From Candidatus Latescibacterota bacterium (lineage in GTDB: Bacteria > Latescibacterota > UBA2968), in NCBI GenBank assembly GCA_965208125.1, contig OZ242320.1:3552001-3616000 (forward strand): a stretch of 64,000 nt of DNA, read 5' to 3'. Below are positions 57,677 to 64,000 of this stretch, piece by piece. Positions within the stretch are counted from its first letter, which is position 1. Each line of letters begins with the position of its first letter. The notes under the pieces are model-generated. The model saw nothing but the letters and a program-made list of their open reading frames with translations. It had not been told where the DNA came from and searched no databases. The translations under genes and the position numbers were made by a program.

Positions 57677-59491
57677 ATGCGCAACGGCATTGCCGTGATT
57701 GATTTTGGCGGGCAATATGCCCATTTGATTGCCAATCGGATTCGCAGGTTGCGGGTTTATTCCGAAATTTTTCCGCCGGATGTTGATCCTGCGGCATTGC
57801 AGGGCGTGTCGGGCATGGTTTTTTCGGGTGGTCCGTCCAGTGTATATGATCCCGATCCGCCTGCATTTAACCCCAGATTGTTGGATGCGGATTTGCCTGT
57901 GCTCGGGCTGTGTTATGGACATCAGTTGTTGTGCATGCATTTGGGGGGTGAGGTTGTTGCTGGTGAGGTGCGAGAATACGGTTCTGCCAGGTTGAATATT
58001 GCAGGTGGGTCGGATTTGTTTGCCGGGCTTGGCGATTCCCAGGTGGTGTGGATGAGCCACGGCGATGTGGTCGCAACGCTGCCAGAGGGTTTTGAAATTT
58101 TGGGGGCGACAGTGGATTGTCCTTCGGCTGCGGTGGGCGATGTCAAACGCAGAATTTATGGCTTGCAATTTCATCCCGAGGTGGCACACACGCCGCGCGG
58201 ATTGGATATTATCGATAATTTTCTGACGATATGCGATGCGCCTCGAACCTGGACTATGGGCAATTATGCCGAGGTGGTTATGGAGGAGATGCGGGAGAAG
58301 GTGGGGGATCGCAATGTGTTTTTGCTGGTGTCGGGTGGGGTCGATTCTTCGGTGGCTTTTGTGCTGTTTAATAGGGCGCTGGGGGCAGACCGGGTGTTGG
58401 GATTGCATATTGACAATGGTTTTATGCGAAAGGGCGAGACGGCTGCGGTGGAGGTTTTTTTGAAAAAGGAGGGGTTTGACAATTTGATTGTCGAGGATGC
58501 CAGTGACGATTTTTTGTTGGGTGTGGAGGGTCTGGTCGATCCAGAAGCAAAGCGCGAGGCGATTGGACAAACATTTCTACAGGTGAAGGACGAGGTGATG
58601 GCGCACTTGCATCTGGATGCAGATCAATGGGTTTTGGGGCAGGGGACGCTTTATCCCGATACCATAGAATCGGGAGGGACAGAGCACGCGGCGTTGATTA
58701 AGACGCACCACAATCGCATTGATTTGATCGATGAGTTGATTGCCCAGGGCAAGGTTGTCGAGCCTTTGGCACAGTTGTACAAGGATGAGGTGCGCGAGTT
58801 GGGGAGCGAGTTGGGGTTGCCCGATCATCTGGTGTGGCGACATCCGTTTCCCGGTCCCGGTCTGGCTGTGCGCTGTTTGTGCTCAGATGGTGCGGTGGAT
58901 GGGGTTGATATTGCAGCATCAGAGAGGGCTGCTGCTGAGATCGCCTCTGAGGCGGGTTTGCAATTGCAGGTTTTGCCCGTTAAGAGTGTGGGGGTTCAGG
59001 GCGATTTTCGCACGTATTCGCATCCTGCAATTGTTTCGGGTTTCACAGCCGAGCGCAATGGCGATTGGCGCGTGCTCGAAGATATGTCAACGCGGATTAC
59101 CAATAGCGTGTCGGGTATTAATCGCGTGGTTTGTCTTGTTGCGCCAGATATGTTGCCCGGGTTGCGTCTCAAACGCGCTTTTTTGACCTATCAGAGGCTC
59201 GATGTTTTGCGGGAGGCAGATGCTATTGCCATGCGCGTGCTCGACCGCGCGGGTCTTATGTCCTCTGTGTCTCAGATGCCGACTGTTCTGGTGCCGTTGA
59301 CGACAGATGGACAAGATGAGATTGTGATTTTGCGTCCGATTACGACCCCGGATTTTATGACTGCGCGATTTGCCGAATTGCCCCACAATCTGGTGCGCGA
59401 TATAGCGGGCGAGATACTGGATCTGCCCGGTGTCGCTGCCGTGGGGTACGACATAACCCACAAACCGCCAGGGACTGTGGAATGGGAATGA
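57677..59491 (+). CDS. guaA: GMP synthase (glutamine-hydrolysing)
   Basis: DFGGQY, GLCYG, QFHPEV, SGGVDS, IKTHHN, RHPFPGPGL, KPPGTVEWE. Confidence 0.96.
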   Translation: MRNGIAVIDFGGQYAHLIANRIRRLRVYSEIFPPDVDPAALQGVSGMVFSGGPSSVYDPDPPAFNPRLLDADLPVLGLCYGHQLLCMHLGGEVVAGEVREYGSARLNIAGGSDLFAGLGDSQVVWMSHGDVVATLPEGFEILGATVDCPSAAVGDVKRRIYGLQFHPEVAHTPRGLDIIDNFLTICDAPRTWTMGNYAEVVMEEMREKVGDRNVFLLVSGGVDSSVAFVLFNRALGADRVLGLHIDNGFMRKGETAAVEVFLKKEGFDNLIVEDASDDFLLGVEGLVDPEAKREAIGQTFLQVKDEVMAHLHLDADQWVLGQGTLYPDTIESGGTEHAALIKTHHNRIDLIDELIAQGKVVEPLAQLYKDEVRELGSELGLPDHLVWRHPFPGPGLAVRCLCSDGAVDGVDIAASERAAAEIASEAGLQLQVLPVKSVGVQGDFRTYSHPAIVSGFTAERNGDWRVLEDMSTRITNSVSGINRVVCLVAPDMLPGLRLKRAFLTYQRLDVLREADAIAMRVLDRAGLMSSVSQMPTVLVPLTTDGQDEIVILRPITTPDFMTARFAELPHNLVRDIAGEILDLPGVAAVGYDITHKPPGTVEWE

Positions 59492-59533
59492 GGGTGATCT
59501 GAGCAAACACCTGCCATCTCAACAGAGGTTACA

Positions 59534-60376
59534 ATGAATTTCAAACCCACTTCTGACCATACGTGGAACGGACTAATTTGCGGTGTTGTATTATATATGC
59601 TCTTTGTCGTAGCTCCCGTAATTATAATCCTGAGATATTTTTTGAATATCGATTATGGTTCCCTGATGATTGGCTTGATTGTGTTTCTTATCTACTTTGT
59701 AATAAAAAGAAAAATGTATTGGGCTCAGGGGGATAGAGCGATAGTGTTGACGTTGAGTTTCTTTAGGTCCAATGCGAAAAATAAAAATAATATAAAGGAG
59801 TTCAATTACGACAAGGATCAGGATATTCTTAAAGTAGATTTAGATAAAGATGGTATTTTTCATATGCTTATGTTTTATTTTGCATTTGGTATCGCCATTG
59901 CTGTTCAATTTTTATTTTTTGGGGAGATCGAATTGCGTTTTTCGGGCATTGATATATGGAAGTTATTGGGATGTATTTGCCTCGTTATAATTCTTCACGA
60001 AGCGCTCCATGGTTTTGCCGCGCTACTGTGGGGGAGGATCCCTGGGCGTTCAATACATTTCGGAGTCAACTGGCGACAGTTCATGTTTTATTGTCATTGC
60101 GATAAACCCATGAAGGTGAATACTTGGCGAATTTTTGTCCTTTTACCTCTCCTTATCACCACACCTATTGCGGGGCTTATTTGGTGGTTAGATCCATCTA
60201 TTTGGTCGCTATTGTTCTTCAGCATAACAGTAGCTTTTTGTTCTAGAGATGTCTTGTTATTTTTCCAGACCCGCCAGGTTGAAAATGACAAATGGATTCA
60301 AGCCCACGAATCAGAACCTGGTTTCTATATCCTGCCAGACGCTATCGCCACATCCTCTGAAGAACACCACAGATAA
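59534..60376 (+). CDS. DUF3267-like putative membrane zinc metallopeptidase
   Basis: TM segments, LHEALHG, YCHC; AT-rich coding. Confidence 0.7.
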   Translation: MNFKPTSDHTWNGLICGVVLYMLFVVAPVIIILRYFLNIDYGSLMIGLIVFLIYFVIKRKMYWAQGDRAIVLTLSFFRSNAKNKNNIKEFNYDKDQDILKVDLDKDGIFHMLMFYFAFGIAIAVQFLFFGEIELRFSGIDIWKLLGCICLVIILHEALHGFAALLWGRIPGRSIHFGVNWRQFMFYCHCDKPMKVNTWRIFVLLPLLITTPIAGLIWWLDPSIWSLLFFSITVAFCSRDVLLFFQTRQVENDKWIQAHESEPGFYILPDAIATSSEEHHR

Positions 60377-60427
60377 TCTAAAATTCACACTAAAAAGTTG
60401 TTCTAAAACTCACATTGGGAGATTGAG

Positions 60428-61285
60428 ATGACATATCCAAATTTGAAGCAGTCTATTTGGTTGCTGATATTATTGATTCTCATTACAATTGGCTTGACTG
60501 TATTGATAGTCATTATAGGTGCCATTATTGACGAGCCTTTGTATGAGTATGATTACTATTCTGGGCTTTTGCCGCTGGCAAGTTTTATTCTCATTTTGTA
60601 CTATGTTTCGCATCGGACAGGTCGAACATGGGCAGATATGTTGCCTCTTGCGATTAGAAATATAGACTATGACTGGCGCATGTGGCTTTCCGTTGGGTTC
60701 TCTATCCTTGGACTGGGGATTGTTCTGACTGAATTGTCCAATGCGGTGATATCTGTGTTGCCCATGCCCGAAGTGTTTCAGGACATCTTTCATCAATCCT
60801 TCGGAAAAGAAACATCTTATCTGTCAGCCTTATTTGTCGCAGTTGTAATAGCACCTCTTACTGAAGAGATCGTTTTTAGAGGCATTATCTTGAAAGGTTT
60901 ATTGGCACATTGTACTCAAAATCGGGCGGTTATTTGGTCGGCGATTCTGTTTGGTCTATTTCATCTGAATCCGTGGCAATTTCCAGTGGCTTTTATATTG
61001 GGACTTATCTTTGCCTATTGGGTTATTCAAACGGGATCTTTGTGGCCTGCAATTTTGGGGCACGCACTGAACAATTTGATATCTGTGACATCGCTGCATT
61101 TCGATGTACCAGGGTTTCCAGTTTCAGAAGATTTTAATGTTGTGGTTCACAATCCGTGGTGGTTGAATGTGTGCGGACCGATATTGGCTGTTCTTGGGTT
61201 GTGGTGGTTTTATCAGGTGGCGAAGCGCAACAAAACAGATCAGCTTGAGGCGAGAGTTGAACCCGAAGGAACTCAGGAGATGTGA
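60428..61285 (+). CDS. CPBP (CAAX/Abi) family intramembrane protease
   Basis: APLTEEIVFRG, FGLFH, H.LNN. Confidence 0.92.
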   Translation: MTYPNLKQSIWLLILLILITIGLTVLIVIIGAIIDEPLYEYDYYSGLLPLASFILILYYVSHRTGRTWADMLPLAIRNIDYDWRMWLSVGFSILGLGIVLTELSNAVISVLPMPEVFQDIFHQSFGKETSYLSALFVAVVIAPLTEEIVFRGIILKGLLAHCTQNRAVIWSAILFGLFHLNPWQFPVAFILGLIFAYWVIQTGSLWPAILGHALNNLISVTSLHFDVPGFPVSEDFNVVVHNPWWLNVCGPILAVLGLWWFYQVAKRNKTDQLEARVEPEGTQEM

Positions 61286-61320
61286 TAATTGAAAACAAAT
61301 ATAGCCTATTATGAGACCGT

Positions 61321-61345
61321 ATGAAATTGTGATTTTGCGTCCGAT
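61321..61345 (+). repeat. 25-bp copy of a guaA 3'-region segment
   Basis: ATGAAATTGTGATTTTGCGTCCGAT vs ATGAGATTGTGATTTTGCGTCCGAT at 59316-59340 (24/25). Confidence 0.85.
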
Positions 61346-61514
61346 AGAGTTGTTTCTTTTCACTTTTTTGAATTGCAATGGAACAAAATGTACCCCTTTT
61401 CTTAAATAGCGACTCCCCTGATTAGCAAGCGTGATCTGCTAACATCAATTATATATCCTTGTTTTATCGTGCCTTAGAATATTCTAAGGCATTTTTTTTG
61501 TGCTTTTTCAAAAA

Positions 61515-61531
61515 TGGGCACGGTATTTGCA
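61515..61531 (+). promoter_or_regulatory. Sigma54-like -24/-12 promoter for the glycosyltransferase gene
   Basis: TGGGCACGGTATTTGCA (GGCAC-N5-TTGCA) with an AT-rich tract upstream. Confidence 0.6.
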
Positions 61532-61605
61532 GAATATGTCGTGTGCAAATCGCGTGAACGGGATTGATGCGGACGGAATGTCCGCGATGTTGGAGGGTTC
61601 AAGAG

Positions 61606-63999
61606 ATGAAGATTTTACATATTCTGGATGTTTCGCTGCCACACCGACAAAGCGGCTACAGTTTGCGAAGCCAATATATTATCAACACGCAGAAAGCACT
61701 TGGCTTTGATCCTGTGGTGCTCACGCGATGGGGGAGGTCTGAACAACTCGTGGATGGTGTCGAATATATCGATGACGTGCCTTATTTGAGAAATACTTCT
61801 GAAGCATACGCGATACGTGTGGGTGAACGTCTGGGCAAGTTTCAATTGCGGGATACGCCACAAATTTATCACGCGGGGCAGGAGCAACACTTTCGCAAGC
61901 GCGTTGCGCGGGCTGTTGAGGCAGAAAAACCCGATGTGTTGCACGCTGCTTCGCCAGGCAGAAACGCGCAGTTTGCGATTGATGTAGGGCATTATTACGG
62001 CTTGCCCGTAGTGTATGAGGTGCGGGGTTTGTGGCACGATAGCGGTGTGGCGCAAGGTATGCTGGTTCCCGATTCAGAAGCGTATCGCCAGCAACACGCA
62101 GAACATGTCAATGCGATGCGACAAGCTGATGCTGTGGTGACGCTGTCCGAGGTGTTGAAAATAGAGTGCATACGCGAAGGGGTTGACGAAGACAAAATAG
62201 GCGTGGTGCCCAATGGTGTGGCAATAGAGCAATATGCACCCAAAACTCGGTTGAGCGAACTTGCCAAGCGCCTGGGGATTGAATCGGGAGATGTGGTGTT
62301 GGGCTATATCGGTCTCGTGCGGTCGCTGGAGGGATTGCGGTTGTTGTTGCAGGCGTGTGAGGTTCTTCGCGGGCGGTATGCCAAGCTCAAAGTGTTGATT
62401 GTGGGTGGTGGACGAGATTTACCGGCGTTGCAGCGCGAAGCGCGTGAACGCGGTCTCTCGGATATGGTGATTTTTACGGGTGAAATACCGCACGACCAGA
62501 TTGCTGCGTATTACGCGATGTTAGATGTTTTTGTGATTCCTCGCACACGTAGCCGCGTTACCGAACTGGTCACGCCGATGAAGCCCTATGAGGCGATGGC
62601 GATGGAAAAAGCCGTTGTTGTTAGTGATGTGGCTGCACTTACAGAGGTGGTTACAGATGGTGAAACCGGGCGGGTTTTTGTGGCAGATAATGTCGAGAGT
62701 CTTACTCAGACATGCGCCGAGCTCATTGAGAATCCCGCACTGCGGATGCACTTGGGAAAAAAGGGTAGCGAATGGGTGCGGTCAGAGCGCACATGGACGC
62801 GGATTGTGGAAGGCTATCGCGGGATATATGAGACCACTGTAGAATCATTACGGGATGTGTCTAATCCACATTTTGGGACTCAAATTCGACACAAGCGCAT
62901 TGCGTTTTATAGCCAGCATCTGATTGGCGTAGGACACCATTTTCGCAATCGACAGATTGTCAATGAACTGGTCAAAACAGGTGATATGTTTTTTATCGAT
63001 GGTGGCCGTCCCATTCCCGAGGCTGATCTCGATGAACGAGTGAAGCGTATTCCCCTGCCGCCCCTTCGCACGGGACCACAGGGCATTGAGCCTGTTGATA
63101 CAGGGCGAGATTTGCAGGCTGTGATGCGCGAGCGTCTGGTCAGACTTGCCGAAGCGATGGAACAGATTCGTCCCGATGTGTTGTGCATTGAGTTTTTCCC
63201 TTTTTCCAGATGGTCGCTCAAGAGCGAAATCCTCCATACTATTGTCAGGCTCAATCAGGTCAATCCCGGTGCGAAGGTGTTGTGTTCGCTGCGCGATGTT
63301 CCAACGCGAGCAAAGAGCGATGCGTTGCAACCGACTGTCGCGCTTGCTCAGAGACGCGATGGAGATGCGATGCGGTTTTATTCGGTGCCTTTTGGCGGGA
63401 TACATCACGAGTATTTGTCTTTTAATCGGCGGTATTACGAGGAGGTTGTGCCTGTGTTGAATCTGTATTTCGATGCGGTCTTAGTGCATGGTGATTCCAA
63501 ACTATCGCGGTTGGAAGATCACTTTCCCTGGGCTGCTGATATCGGTATTCCCATCATTTATACGGGGTTTGTTTCTGAGAAACTCAAAGACGTATCTCGG
63601 CCTGATGGTGCGCCGAATCGGTATGTCCTGGTCAGCGCTGGCGGTGGGAGTGGAGGGCTTGCGCTTGTTGCACCGTGTATTGAAGCGTGGAAACAATTGG
63701 ACCAGAACAATGCGCTTGATGGGCGCAAGATGGTGATTTTTGCAGGTGCGTTTATCAATGAAACGCATTTTGAGGCTTTGCGAGAATTGTGCGGTGATGG
63801 TCCGTTTCGCATTGAGCGTTTTACGTCCAATTTTTTGGCGTGGATGAAATACGCGGATTTGTCGATTAGTCGTGCGGGCTATAATACGTGTATGAATGTG
63901 CTTGAGGCACAAGTGCCATCGATTCTGGTGCCGAGCATTGCGATGGATGATCAGGTATTTCGCGCACAGCAGTTGATGGGGTTGGGTATTGCACAGGTG
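61606..63999 (+). CDS. Fused glycosyltransferase: GT4 domain + COG4671-like GT-B domain (3' truncated by window; absent from the ORF track because there is no stop)
   Basis: MKILHILDVSLPHRQSGY...VYEVRG...LVTPMKPYEAMA continues in frame into IAFYSQHLIGVGH...SAGGG...SRAGYNT. Confidence 0.85.
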   Translation, partial: MKILHILDVSLPHRQSGYSLRSQYIINTQKALGFDPVVLTRWGRSEQLVDGVEYIDDVPYLRNTSEAYAIRVGERLGKFQLRDTPQIYHAGQEQHFRKRVARAVEAEKPDVLHAASPGRNAQFAIDVGHYYGLPVVYEVRGLWHDSGVAQGMLVPDSEAYRQQHAEHVNAMRQADAVVTLSEVLKIECIREGVDEDKIGVVPNGVAIEQYAPKTRLSELAKRLGIESGDVVLGYIGLVRSLEGLRLLLQACEVLRGRYAKLKVLIVGGGRDLPALQREARERGLSDMVIFTGEIPHDQIAAYYAMLDVFVIPRTRSRVTELVTPMKPYEAMAMEKAVVVSDVAALTEVVTDGETGRVFVADNVESLTQTCAELIENPALRMHLGKKGSEWVRSERTWTRIVEGYRGIYETTVESLRDVSNPHFGTQIRHKRIAFYSQHLIGVGHHFRNRQIVNELVKTGDMFFIDGGRPIPEADLDERVKRIPLPPLRTGPQGIEPVDTGRDLQAVMRERLVRLAEAMEQIRPDVLCIEFFPFSRWSLKSEILHTIVRLNQVNPGAKVLCSLRDVPTRAKSDALQPTVALAQRRDGDAMRFYSVPFGGIHHEYLSFNRRYYEEVVPVLNLYFDAVLVHGDSKLSRLEDHFPWAADIGIPIIYTGFVSEKLKDVSRPDGAPNRYVLVSAGGGSGGLALVAPCIEAWKQLDQNNALDGRKMVIFAGAFINETHFEALRELCGDGPFRIERFTSNFLAWMKYADLSISRAGYNTCMNVLEAQVPSILVPSIAMDDQVFRAQQLMGLGIAQV

Positions 64000-64000
64000 A

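Overview
Bacterial chromosomal window. The lineage cannot be determined from sequence alone; the lipoprotein and outer-membrane genes indicate a diderm. Housekeeping genes (rne/rng, rplU, rpmA, mdh, dapL, gdh, nadB, guaA) are interrupted by four accessory blocks. (1) An ~18 kb type I restriction-modification island (hsdM-hsdS-hsdR) carries inserted cassettes: a DUF433 antitoxin, a nuclease-STAND NTPase, three divergent Schlafen/AlbA_2-GHKL-wHTH genes and a darG remnant. Two cassettes are bracketed by duplicated 3' ends of the upstream hsd gene, two share a promoter, and each Schlafen gene has its own short-repeat array, two of them with IHF-like sites. (2) Two paralogous soluble beta-propeller/Y_Y_Y sigma54 activators flank a superinfection-immunity-family gene that has a consensus sigma54 promoter and candidate enhancer boxes. 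(3) A tnpB-only IS200/IS605 element with a rearranged RuvC site is apparently inserted in a Shine-Dalgarno sequence, next to a DUF262-DUF1524 gene. (4) An AT-rich membrane-protease pair is bracketed by a duplicated guaA segment. Intergenic GTAG-REP hairpins and heptamer tandem repeats recur. No tRNA, rRNA, CRISPR array or integrase was seen. All family calls come from motifs read by eye, not database searches.
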